From IMG/VR virus record IMGVR_UViG_3300045995_000471: 64,000 nucleotides of DNA; one strand, written 5' to 3'. The notes beneath the pieces are model-generated. The model was given only the letters and a program-made list of their open reading frames with translations. It did no database searches and was not told the origin of the DNA. The position numbers and the translations under genes are program-made. Shown one piece after another: positions 1 to 11,200 of this stretch (positions are counted from its first letter, which is position 1; each line of letters begins with the position of its first letter). The stretch is from an uncultured virus (IMG/VR IMGVR_UViG_3300045995_000471). Its lineage: Duplodnaviria > Heunggongvirae > Uroviricota > Caudoviricetes.

Positions 1-2
1 TC

Positions 3-2669
3 ATTACTTTCTTGAACAGGATCCATATCTCCGCAAGCAGTAATACCTGGACACAGAAACGCAGCTTTACTTCTAACATTTACAGAACCATAATAATTTA
101 AAGGCTGCCCAGCAAAAGTATAATCCGCCACCCTCCATATCTTATTGCCTGTTTGGGGAGAATTACATTCTACCCTACCAATTAGGGCACCTGTTGAATC
201 AATAAATACCCGCTTGTGTTTGTACATAAGGTTCTCGTGTGTATTCTCAGTCGTGGTTATCAAGAATACAGCTTTAGCAGGTTCTGCTAACGAGGTTCTA
301 GCCTCAAGTTTTGGAATATAGTTACCTCTAGAATAAGCATAAAATTGTCCTAAATCAGAACCCCAATCAAAGACCGGAGAGATCCAAGTCCCAGTAATCA
401 TAGTATTTGATAATTGTAAAGCGTGCCGAAAAACCTCGGTACCTGAGAGGGTACCCAGCTCCCAAGGATAGCGTTCAGGAAAATTATAACCACCCGAGTC
501 TAATCCAACCCACCCAGAGCTGGCATCAGGAGTTGTAGATATAAATATATTCCTGTCCACTTCATACTTTCCAGTATACTTTACCTGTATCTTAGGTAAA
601 GCAGAGCCGCCAGTAGTATTATGTATTGCTAATACTTGTGGTTCACTAAGAAAGGAAAAGTTTAGGGGAGAAATAGTTCCAGAAATACTTACCGAATTAT
701 TACCATCACTTAATAACTGAATACCACTTACTGTCTGATTCGCATTAGAATTATTTACATAAGTTACTTGAGCAGTATATATTGCGGCCGCCTCAGGAAA
801 TGTGTAACTATAATATCCTTGTGAATTCCAGGTCCCAGACATAGAAGTCCAAACCAATGAAGGAGTTTGAACAGTAATACTTGCTTCGACCAATTTAAAG
901 TCTAAAATCCCTACCCGCCCATTACTAACCTCAGAGTTAGTTACTTTAATTCTATACCACTTAAAAGTATTTCCATTATTGAAAGTAAAATAAGAGGACC
1001 ATTGTCCCATACCTGGATCCCCAATTCCTGTCCTGGAATCTAACAAAACCCAACCAGCGTCATTATTAATATCTGGGTTATTATTTACAGAACCCCATAG
1101 AGTCCAATCCTTAGGAAAATTTGCATTATTGGATGACGAAGGACCAAAAGAGCGAAGGACATACTTATTAATTGCCTTACCGCCCGCGCCTACATAGACT
1201 GCCAAAATCTTTGGATTGTTGATAGAGGGAAGGCCTGTAGTTATCCATCCTTGAATCGTATACCATCCACCTGGGTCAGTCATTGAGCCCGAATATTGAC
1301 CAAAGGCTTTCCATGCGTTGGTGGTGGAAGGAATATAAATAGCATCTGAGGACCCTATAACATAGCCCCATTCAGAATTAGCCTTAGCCAAGGTCAAAAC
1401 CGAAGGATCCACAACAAGATCCCCTTCATAAAGATAAATTTCTCCTATGAAAAGAGAAGGCGCCCAGGGTGCATCAGTAATAACCATTCTATACGCAATA
1501 TATGGTTGAGGATTTATCATAGCATATAGATCTGACCACCCAAACCCTTGAGTGGCGGAAGCTCCACTTACTGTTGAGAGAGTAGTCCACTTACTACTGC
1601 CAAGTGAATCCGAGTATACTGCGGAGCTATCATTAGTACCTTGGATGGCCCAATCTTTGGGCATAGCGTTCTGGGAGTTATCGCATATATAGAACCGGTA
1701 ATAAGTTGCTTTTTTTGCATTCCCCGCCCCAAAAGAAATCATGCATCTGCCAGGCAGAACTCCAGGAGCCCACCCATCGGAGTAAGATATGTCAGGAATT
1801 GCAGGCGGACTTTGATTGAAAGCTAGCCAGGGATATCTCCAACCATTATTCTTGAAGGAAAAATCACCAGTAACAACACAAGGAGATGGAGTTGAATCCG
1901 AAGTCATTGCAGGAGTTATTCGGGCTAGCCCTCCTGTAGTTCCATCGGTGTAACGGATGTAGTCAGCCATGGGGGGAATGCAATAGTCTATATTTATATT
2001 TGTGGATCCATCAGCAGAAATTGTACGCCCCCCAGATAAAGTGGCAAGAGTAAAATAAGCGTAGGATGAGGGGTCTCCAGTGTATATCCGTATTTCTTTA
2101 CACAGAGGCAGAGCATCAGATTGTAATTCTATTCCATAATAATCTCCTGAAGGAACTGTTACAATATCGGTGGATAAGGCTGAGGTTGGAATTAAGGAAC
2201 GATTGATTTCACACTCAGAAAAACTACACCAGTTCCCGGCGTTTTGTGCATTCCTAATCCACATTCTCCAGTATTTATGAGATCCTGCACCTACCGGAAT
2301 ATTTAGCCAACTTTGCCACGTAAGGGAAGCAGTTGGAGCAGCCAGATTCCAATTCCCCACTAATACCCAATTAATATTATTATCAGAATAATAAACATAG
2401 ACTTCTTTTGGAAAGTCAGTAGCCCAATTTGCTCTACCATGGGGCATAAATCTGACTCGCAGAAAGGGCCAGGCTACGGTTCCTGTCATATATAAATAGG
2501 GACCATTATTATTAGTAGCAACCCCCGATTGATATTCTCCTGCTGCATCATAACGCCCATCAAAAGCATTAGAAAAGGGGTGACTTGGTTCGTAAATACT
2601 GCCAGAATAAGTAAGATTTTGAAAAACAAGCAGGCCTTGGGAATATATATCAGGTGCAAAATCGTACAT
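3..2669 (-). CDS. Putative tail fibre/adhesin protein with F5/8 type C (discoidin)-like domains; 3'-truncated by the window edge (>889 aa); absent from the ORF track
   Basis: ATG at 2669 preceded by GGAG, 1 nt after the stop of the upstream gene. Hand translation begins MYDFAPDIYSQG...NAFDGRY...FPKEVYVYYSDNNINWVLV...HKYWRMWIRN (discoidin pattern). A later segment GLDSGGYNFPERYPWELG...TGTWISPV matches the two upstream paralogs. Spot checks found no in-frame stop and the frame runs off the left edge. Confidence 0.8.
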   Translation of the reverse strand, partial: MYDFAPDIYSQGLLVFQNLTYSGSIYEPSHPFSNAFDGRYDAAGEYQSGVATNNNGPYLYMTGTVAWPFLRVRFMPHGRANWATDFPKEVYVYYSDNNINWVLVGNWNLAAPTASLTWQSWLNIPVGAGSHKYWRMWIRNAQNAGNWCSFSECEINRSLIPTSALSTDIVTVPSGDYYGIELQSDALPLCKEIRIYTGDPSSYAYFTLATLSGGRTISADGSTNINIDYCIPPMADYIRYTDGTTGGLARITPAMTSDSTPSPCVVTGDFSFKNNGWRYPWLAFNQSPPAIPDISYSDGWAPGVLPGRCMISFGAGNAKKATYYRFYICDNSQNAMPKDWAIQGTNDSSAVYSDSLGSSKWTTLSTVSGASATQGFGWSDLYAMINPQPYIAYRMVITDAPWAPSLFIGEIYLYEGDLVVDPSVLTLAKANSEWGYVIGSSDAIYIPSTTNAWKAFGQYSGSMTDPGGWYTIQGWITTGLPSINNPKILAVYVGAGGKAINKYVLRSFGPSSSNNANFPKDWTLWGSVNNNPDINNDAGWVLLDSRTGIGDPGMGQWSSYFTFNNGNTFKWYRIKVTNSEVSNGRVGILDFKLVEASITVQTPSLVWTSMSGTWNSQGYYSYTFPEAAAIYTAQVTYVNNSNANQTVSGIQLLSDGNNSVSISGTISPLNFSFLSEPQVLAIHNTTGGSALPKIQVKYTGKYEVDRNIFISTTPDASSGWVGLDSGGYNFPERYPWELGTLSGTEVFRHALQLSNTMITGTWISPVFDWGSDLGQFYAYSRGNYIPKLEARTSLAEPAKAVFLITTTENTHENLMYKHKRVFIDSTGALIGRVECNSPQTGNKIWRVADYTFAGQPLNYYGSVNVRSKAAFLCPGITACGDMDPVQESN

Positions 2670-2670
2670 C

Positions 2671-5223
2671 TTATTCTCCGTGTGGCCACCATGTTAATAA
2701 TTGTGTAGTAAAGTGTCCTACGTTCTTATCATACCTCAAATGCGGGTTGATATATACATTGCGATTATCCCCAAAAGGAACATTCTCTAAGATAAGAGGT
2801 TCAGGAATTCTAATCTTTGAAACTCTAGGAGGAGCTATAGATGATGCTGTTCTACGAAATGTTAGTTTAAATTGTTTGTATCTCCCGTCTGGTAATCCCA
2901 TGGAAGCATTTACATAGTCTTCCCACTCTAAGGTCATGTCATCACTGGCCCCCCACATCGGATCATTAACTCCCGGGCTGATGTAAGTAGCAGAAAGCTT
3001 CCCGGTAAACTGTAGCCCCCCAGCATCAGATAGAGGCATCGTAGGAACAACTGAAACTAATTCCTCATACTGGTAAGCATCATCTACCCTTACTCGTTTT
3101 ATCACAGGAGAGTATGTTCCTGGATTAAATCCTACATAAATAAATGCTGATCCATCAGTAGGGTGGGGCCACACTCCCATAGCATAAGGAACATGATTAG
3201 TATAATCTATAGCCCGCTTGCTTAGATTGATTCGATATACCGTAGAAGTATCCCTATCAACTACCCATAGATTCCCATCGTTATCAACATCCCCTCCCTG
3301 AATATATTGGAACGAAGGGTCTTGCACATTAAATAGAACTGTCAATAGCCCGTTCGTTTGATCTTCTTTGTAGTAGAATATGCCATCATTACGCACTGCC
3401 CACAATTCTCCAGGAATACAAGATTCCTTAATAAAACTGTAACTCCGTTGTACTGAGTACGAATTTATGAGATACCCATCGCCCCGCCACCGCTCTATTA
3501 TATTAGTTGAATACCCAACATGTAACCAGAATCCTCCTTCATGGTCATCTGCATCTGTACAATTACAAATAGCATAACCCTCATCAGAAGGACCTAGCCC
3601 AATCCCATATATACCAATTAATTTTTTCTCAGACACCCACCAATTCCTTATATTGAATAAGTAAATACACATGTATTTTTCGGCACCTGGATCACATGGA
3701 TACATCTCAGCCCACAATACAATCCATTCGTTAGGGTGTTGTGGCTTAGGCAGAGTAGTAGATCCTATATAATCGAAAAGTACCGGATCTTGACATAGTC
3801 CTAAGCCCCCCATAAGATTATGTCCTTTAAGGGGGAGCATATTTTTAGCCTGGTCCTCGTAGCTTTTTCCACTATTCCAGTTAGAGTCATCAGTCATAGT
3901 AGCAAAAGTCATCTGTTGATGATGTGGCTGTATCCCGGTATCTATCATACAGTAGCCTATTCCGTCCCCTAGGAGGCCGAAGAAACTACCAGCATTCCAC
4001 CAGTTATTAATAGAACCAAACACCTTATACGGATATCCGGTCCAGTAATCTCGTTGAGATATTTGCCATCTATCAAGAGGACTTTGAGCTATAATTGTTC
4101 CGTCACCCTTCATATAAACTCTATCAGAGCGTCCATACATATAAGGACAAGGGGTAACCAACAGTGCACGTGCACAACCCATATTCTCCATGTCTATAAC
4201 CCAATATTCATTATCTTCTGGGTAGACATCCTGTAAAGTAGGATTCATAGGTCTACGTATATGTTCAGGCAAATCCGTAGTATAACCTGTATATGTATAT
4301 AATCTGGGCGTCCAAGAGTTAATAAGAAAATTAGGCAGGGGAGTTTCATTAGAACCCCTCGCCTGAAGGACATTGTTTATATTTAGCCAATCCTTTTCTA
4401 CACCAGCATCATGGCCCGCATCCTCGGTATATACATACATAGTAACATAATTAGGATCGGTTATATAGATAGCAGGAGAGAGCCATGTCCCGGATGTATT
4501 AGTACCAGTTAGGGTAAGATAATTACCACTAACCATAGTATTTATGAAACAACCTGCTTCCCATGGAATTTGTTCTGGTATATTTATACCACTATTAATA
4601 CTATATTTATCTGGGTCCGATTTTCCACTAGCAGTAAGAAGAAGCATTTGATCCAAAGCAAAGTTTCCACTATAGGCTGGCGTTACTCTTATATTTCTGC
4701 TAGTCCCTTGTACCGCATAATTTGATATGGCTATAGGAGAATTCCCATAACTAGAAGCGGCTACAGCAAATTTGACATAGTCATAAGTAATTGGGTAATC
4801 TACAGTTGATAACTGGGCAGACAACAAGGTGGAAGTAGACACGGACTTATTAATATACACAAACCTGATCTTATAAATAAGTTGGGCCATATCAGGAAAA
4901 GTTCTATTGAAGTCTATTGTAAATGTCCCCCCATTTTGTATAACAGGAACGTCTAGCCATGGTGCATCTGGTTGTGTCTGTATACTGCATGTAACTGAGC
5001 AAAAATAATCATAACCATTGACTGCTGTGATACTTCCATCCTTACAGTATACACTGTAGCCCAGATCTGCCTCGAATGCTAAGTATCTTAAGGAGGCAAC
5101 ACTCACTCCAGAAACAGTACCTATAAGAGATAGTAATTCATCTCGTGACGCGGTCCTCTGATATAGTCCTGTATCCGCTGATATATTTTTTATCTCTGCA
5201 AATTTTAATATATTGATTGACAT
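2671..5223 (-). CDS. Putative virion tail-associated protein (~850 aa), paralog of the C-terminal part of the 4,136-aa protein, with beta-propeller-like C-terminus
   Basis: ORF track 2671..5241; ATG at 5223 preferred (TAATG overlap with upstream stop, GAGGGA before it). Contains IPEQIPWEAG...SGTWLSP, GGDVDNDGNLWVVDR (propeller-like) and ends LLTWWPHGE, against LLVWWPRD in the paralog. Confidence 0.7.
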   Translation of the reverse strand: MSINILKFAEIKNISADTGLYQRTASRDELLSLIGTVSGVSVASLRYLAFEADLGYSVYCKDGSITAVNGYDYFCSVTCSIQTQPDAPWLDVPVIQNGGTFTIDFNRTFPDMAQLIYKIRFVYINKSVSTSTLLSAQLSTVDYPITYDYVKFAVAASSYGNSPIAISNYAVQGTSRNIRVTPAYSGNFALDQMLLLTASGKSDPDKYSINSGINIPEQIPWEAGCFINTMVSGNYLTLTGTNTSGTWLSPAIYITDPNYVTMYVYTEDAGHDAGVEKDWLNINNVLQARGSNETPLPNFLINSWTPRLYTYTGYTTDLPEHIRRPMNPTLQDVYPEDNEYWVIDMENMGCARALLVTPCPYMYGRSDRVYMKGDGTIIAQSPLDRWQISQRDYWTGYPYKVFGSINNWWNAGSFFGLLGDGIGYCMIDTGIQPHHQQMTFATMTDDSNWNSGKSYEDQAKNMLPLKGHNLMGGLGLCQDPVLFDYIGSTTLPKPQHPNEWIVLWAEMYPCDPGAEKYMCIYLFNIRNWWVSEKKLIGIYGIGLGPSDEGYAICNCTDADDHEGGFWLHVGYSTNIIERWRGDGYLINSYSVQRSYSFIKESCIPGELWAVRNDGIFYYKEDQTNGLLTVLFNVQDPSFQYIQGGDVDNDGNLWVVDRDTSTVYRINLSKRAIDYTNHVPYAMGVWPHPTDGSAFIYVGFNPGTYSPVIKRVRVDDAYQYEELVSVVPTMPLSDAGGLQFTGKLSATYISPGVNDPMWGASDDMTLEWEDYVNASMGLPDGRYKQFKLTFRRTASSIAPPRVSKIRIPEPLILENVPFGDNRNVYINPHLRYDKNVGHFTTQLLTWWPHGE

Positions 5224-8200
5224 TAGTCCCTCGGCCACCATACCAGTAAATCTAAAGTATAATCCCCAGCAGGTAGATTAACTTCATCTTGGTGTGGCAG
5301 TGTATCTATAAAAATATCCCTATAGCCTTTCCAGGGGATCTTATTTAACAGGGCAGGTACAGGTATACGGATATATTGGATCTGCGGAGATACCGATTCT
5401 ATATCTTGTCGCAGCAGGGTTACACGTAATTGTTTATAGTGACCCTTCGGTAAAGTAGGACTACCCGCACTGTACCGTTGCCATGGCAGGCCACCTGCTG
5501 TCCACAGTGGATCTTGTGGAAGAATATCAAAATGTCCTGTTGGATACGTGGATCTCCCATAAAGATTTATATTGTAGGAATCTATAATTGGGCATCCCGG
5601 CACAGCACAGACTGTTTCGGGAAGTGTATAGTCATAATCACCCACATGAACTATTTTGATACAATCACTTGTAGGAAATTGTGGATCTCGAATGATATAT
5701 ACATAGGCTGAGCCATCATAAGGATCCGGATAAACACTCACCGCCCCGGGCACTACACGAACATAATCCACAGGAGACAGACCTTGTTCCAGATTAGCAA
5801 AGTTAACACGCACAACTCTTTCAGTAGCCAGATCTACAAACCATAAATTATTGCTGCCATCTATATTAGCGAAGGTAAGTAATTTAAACCCCCGCCCCGT
5901 TTCATCTGCAGGAATAGCAAATCTTTCTACAAGACTATTACCAGTATATTCTATCCAATAGACACATTGCTCCTCTATCCCCCAAAATCCTTGCGGGGCT
6001 CCAGGAGATCCTTCTACAATATAATTAAATCTATGCCTTATATTAGAGAACGTCTTTTGTACTACATCGTCAGTCACAAGCAAGGTTTCATAGTAAGAGT
6101 CTGATTCTGTTGAGTAGGCATAATGTACCCAATAACCAAAACTATTAGATTGATTATCTAGACAGGCTCCCACACGGATATTATCAGAAAGCAAATACTC
6201 AGATTTTCCAAGAAATGAATAGATATAATCTATTTCTGTATTGCTCTCTGGTGTATTCGCTGCGCCCACAAAAGTATAAAGATTGCGAAGATGAAAAACA
6301 CTATCAGAAAAATAATTCTCCTCGAAACGCTCATAGAAAGGACTGGGCCGCATGACAACATCTACTACGTGTGCCGCAGGCTTGCTTACCCCGCCCTCTG
6401 TTCTCATAGTATAGCGTAAAGGTTTGCTAAAAATAGGAATTGCAAAAGGATTGGTTCTTGGGTATATATGTAAGTTAGCCGAGTCTGCTACATGGCTCCC
6501 TCCAACCATAGACAAATCACCGGGAAACACACTATAGTAAGTATACCAATCTTCGGCTCGCCATACTCCAGTTGGTTCACCAGTATATGTGTCATGATAG
6601 TAACCGTCTGAAGTCCAATCAGCATTATGATTTTCAAGTCCTAGCGTGGCCCCCGCATATCTTTGAGAATCCATAAATCCATAGAATTGCCATAAAGGAG
6701 CACGCGTTGTATAAGACCAGTAGCGTCTAGGAGCCAGTAAATTATAGGCATTACTGCCTTGTTTAGACAAGTCTGTACCACGAGAAAGATATGAATGTAC
6801 ACCAGGATTACGCTGCCACGAAGAGGGGGAACCATCAGAGTCGAATGCAACCATCTTCCATGGTAATTGTTTCCCATCCAGAGGATCGGTATATACTGCC
6901 GTGGCCAAAAAAGAATGCGTTTGCTTGGTAAATGAAGACCTAACTTCCACGACGTTCATGACTGACTGAAAATCTTTATTGACATAACTCTCAGTAGAAT
7001 TTACATTCTGACAATAGATGTATGCCGCATTACTAGATGGGTCTAGTATCTCTATAATAGGAGAAGTCCAGGTCCCTGACGTAGCTGTGGGAACAAGTTG
7101 AACATATCCATCAAAAGATATCTCAGTGTTTTGGAATTCTCCCAACTCAAAAGGCTTATCTTCAGGTAAATTTAGTCCTATATCTAAATGGGACCACACA
7201 TTCCCATCACCCGACAATTTTACTATACGGTCCAGGTGATAATTGTTAGAGTACCTAGGAAGGACCCTCGCATCAGCATATTCAGAGTTAGTATTATTGT
7301 TATATATCTGAATGTGATCGTAACGATTATATATAGTTGGGAGATCCAAATTACTAACACCACTACCAGTAGGGCCAAAGTCTATCTCCCCTCCGTAGTT
7401 TAATAATTGAATGCCTTCTATCCATCCTATCTTATTATAAAAATCGCTTGTTCCACTTAGTGTATTTACTATATATATTCTTACGTTGACAACACCACTA
7501 GCAGAAGGAAAAACCCAACTAAATTTTCCGCCACTCCAAACGGGGCAGTAGTAGCTCCATATTAAGGACCCTACCTGGGGCAAGCTTTGTGTTGCCACCA
7601 CAACTTGTAAACCACTAGCAGTGTTAGTATAGATGTCAAGCTCACTAGCCTTGCCACCAAACTGACCTAAGGCAGACTCTAGCCGTATAGAAGTACCCGG
7701 AAGTATGGGGACCCCTCCAGAGATAGTCGGGCTAAGAAGTCGTTCTAGGTGCGGTGTAGAAAGATTTAGTTGATTGGCTCCCGACACAGTGGTGTAAAGT
7801 TGTTGTAATAGGCCCGAGGTTGTCGGAATAAATGATGTAATATTATGTGTATCTGCATCCTCCAATAGATTAAAAGTGTTTGGAATAATATTAGTCTGAG
7901 TATGATTCATTGGGAATACTGCTAGTTCCGTTACCCGTTGTATACCACTAGCAACAGGATTAGAATTTTTTACAGACACCGGCAGTGATTCCACAGCATA
8001 CTTCGACCAAAAATATATTGAATAGTGGTCGGAGGACAGTTGGGGAGCCATTGCAATAATTTGATTTGTATCCCATTTAAAAAGGTTACCACTTCCGGAT
8101 TGTGTAGTTATCGAAGGAGCCCCTAAGTTAGGCTCAAAGTATACTCTAAGTTCTCCATAATATAACCCCAAAGATCGTGGTATATTACTTATTACATAAT

Positions 8201-11200
8201 ATTTAGTCTCCTGTTCTTTTACAATCTCTCCACCTGTCCTTACATGTTCATCAGTTAGATTATATATATAATTTCCACCTGAATCAGTTATAGGACAATC
8301 GCTAGTAGGGTAGGTAAAGGTTTCAAGATAATAAGTATCATTCGGAACTTGAGTATCTAGCCATGCAACCTCAGATATATTAGTGCCTGTGACGGATGCA
8401 GCAAAATATAATCTAGCGTACGAAACCTCGCTACGCCCATAAGTAACTTCTTTTGCCGTGTCCAATACTAGAGGTATATCTGTGTACACGTAAGGATTAG
8501 CAACTCCCGAAGGAAGAACCTGATAAGAATAACCACTGGGTAGTAATGAAGAGGAATATGCTATACCAGTACTTGTGGGCCTAGACAAATATTTTATATT
8601 ATATCCTGACAAAGTTGTTGGACCAGAGAGGTAGAACATAAAATCTAAGGTCCCAGAAACTGAGGTAATAGCCCCCGGCATATGCCAATTAGACTCTGTT
8701 ACTGCTTCCAGTTCTGGAGTAAGGAATGTCTGTCCTCCTTCTACTGAGGTTCGGAAAGTAGTAGGAGTATTACCTACCGAAAGCCATGCTCCATTTTTGA
8801 ATATCTTAAAAGTCGCGCGGCCATCAAAAGACACAGCATGGGAAATGAAACTTCCTGCAGGTTCATAAGAGAGGGCATCTATAGAGGACAGTCTAGCAAG
8901 TTGGGTAAAATTAAGATGACCACTCGTAGTTGTCATACCTACAACAGTATTAGCATTTGAAACATTCTTTATACCCGACCCCACAAGGCCAAGGCCACGG
9001 ATGTAATTTATTGTTGATGAACTATGGTCTCCAGAAACAGTTGCTGTATCTCCAACAGATATAATTTGATAGGGCGTTTCAAATACAACCTTGGTACCTA
9101 CATAATCATTAGATAGACCTATAACTTTTCTAGCACCCCCTGAGGGAGTAACAGGGTAATAGTCATTATATATTGACACACCTGATATGGATGTATCCAT
9201 AATGGTATGCATCCCATTATAATTTGGTAGTCCTTGAATCTCTACTTTATTTCCAGGATTAATATTGGGAGAAGCCATAGGTAAGAATGTTAGGTCATTA
9301 CTTCTACCAACTATTCGGCTTATAATATTACAACCACTAGGCGTGTAAGTGAATCCTACTACCCCTGTTTGAGTTGCACTATAACTATCCCCTACTAGAA
9401 AACCATTTCCCTGGCTGTTGTAGGGAACATGCCCACTGGACATATCAAATATATACATATAATAATCGCCGCCCGACACAGTCATTCGGACCCAGTCTAG
9501 GTTGATACCAGACTGAGTTACGGTAAGGCTAGGCAACTGGGTTATAGGTCCTGTGGACCAGTTACTTCGCTTAACTATATATCTATCAATGCTAGGGTAT
9601 TGGTAAAGCTTCTCGGTAGTAAAAGTATTAGTAGCCGTATCTCCTACCAATTCTGTGTTGATAAGTTCAGGCTCATTCATATCTACTTCAAAGGATGTTA
9701 AGTAATAATTCTGTAAATCTATCCCGGAGGTCATCGATTGGTATGCTCCGGCTACTGTTGGAATGAATGGTGTTGCACGGAGGGAGAGTCCTCTTAAAAG
9801 TATCCCAGAAGCCGTACAGTCCAAAATTTCTATAGCATAGGTGTCATACTCGTGTGTATTCTCAAAATTGTATAACGTGGATGTGAGGGCTTGTGTGGTA
9901 GGAATAGGTTCCCAATCCTGAAGTCCTTGCCCCGACAATTGCCAGTGTAATCCAGGAACAATATAGCCGCCGCTAATAGATGGAAGCAATTCAACTTTAT
10001 TTATTGACACAAGGTCAGCGAATCTAAGAATGATTGGGTTAGAATTACCTATGTACTGATCACGGGTAAACGGAATAATAGTTGGGCTATTAGTAGGACT
10101 TACCATTTTATATATATCATAGATTTCTGTATCCAATAATATTTTATTAAAGTGCATTACATGGCACAAAGAGAATTCTCCTTTAATTCCGTCACTTCCC
10201 TGCATGGGTAAACCAAAGTACATACAATTATTTTTTTGGTGATCATCATAATGGATATCGGATGGATCTACCATAATCTCGGGCGCAGGAGGATATACAT
10301 CAGAATATACGAAGGCAGCATCAGAATCCCAAGTACCATCAATGAACATCGCATAATCACCGCCGGGCTTAAAGGTAACAGATATATGATACCAAGTCTT
10401 ATAGTTCCATATCTTCTTGCTAGAACTAATACTAGCACCATAATTCCCGAAGACTATAGATCCTACTATGGTCTGTGGTTTATTACTTTGTTTATATGGG
10501 TAAGGACTGCCAGTAAAAACATAATGATTTTGGAAAGAAATATTCCAGCCACCAGGTATAGCACCATAGTCTATCCAGCCGCCCATGATATCATAAATAT
10601 AGGGGTAGTCAGTATATAAACTATGTGCAGGCTTGAACCAGAAGCATATTGTGTATGAGGTTAGTCTTGGTGGCAGAGTAAAAAGAATGTGACTGTCGGT
10701 TCCGTCCTCAGCCAAGATACTAGTAGCATTACCATGCCAACCAGGAACGGTATGTAAATTACCCACCCTTATTCCAATAATTTCATTACCAGATAAATCT
10801 TTATAATCCCCATCTTCATCGTCAAGCGGGTGCCACGCTAAAAGTTGCTTTCCTATAAGATCCAAATATGTGGTTGGTAATAAAGATCCACTGCAAGTGA
10901 TTTCTATAAGGGGAGAGCAGTCTGTATAAGTATTATTCTCACCTCTAAAGAAATGAGTACCAGGAGATGCTTCTGTTCGGCCATCTATTGTGATGGTGTC
11001 TAATAAGTGACTAACCGATCTACGGTCTCCCGCCGCCTCCCGCAATTCAACCTTAGCCAACCCCTTCCCAGAATCCGAAATATCCCGTATCACATTCATT
11101 GTCCCAGTTACAGTTGTTTGTGTAATTGATGGTTGATTTACTCGGGTTGATACTCCACCCAAAGAAATAAACTTGCTATCAGGATGATTATAAAAGTATG

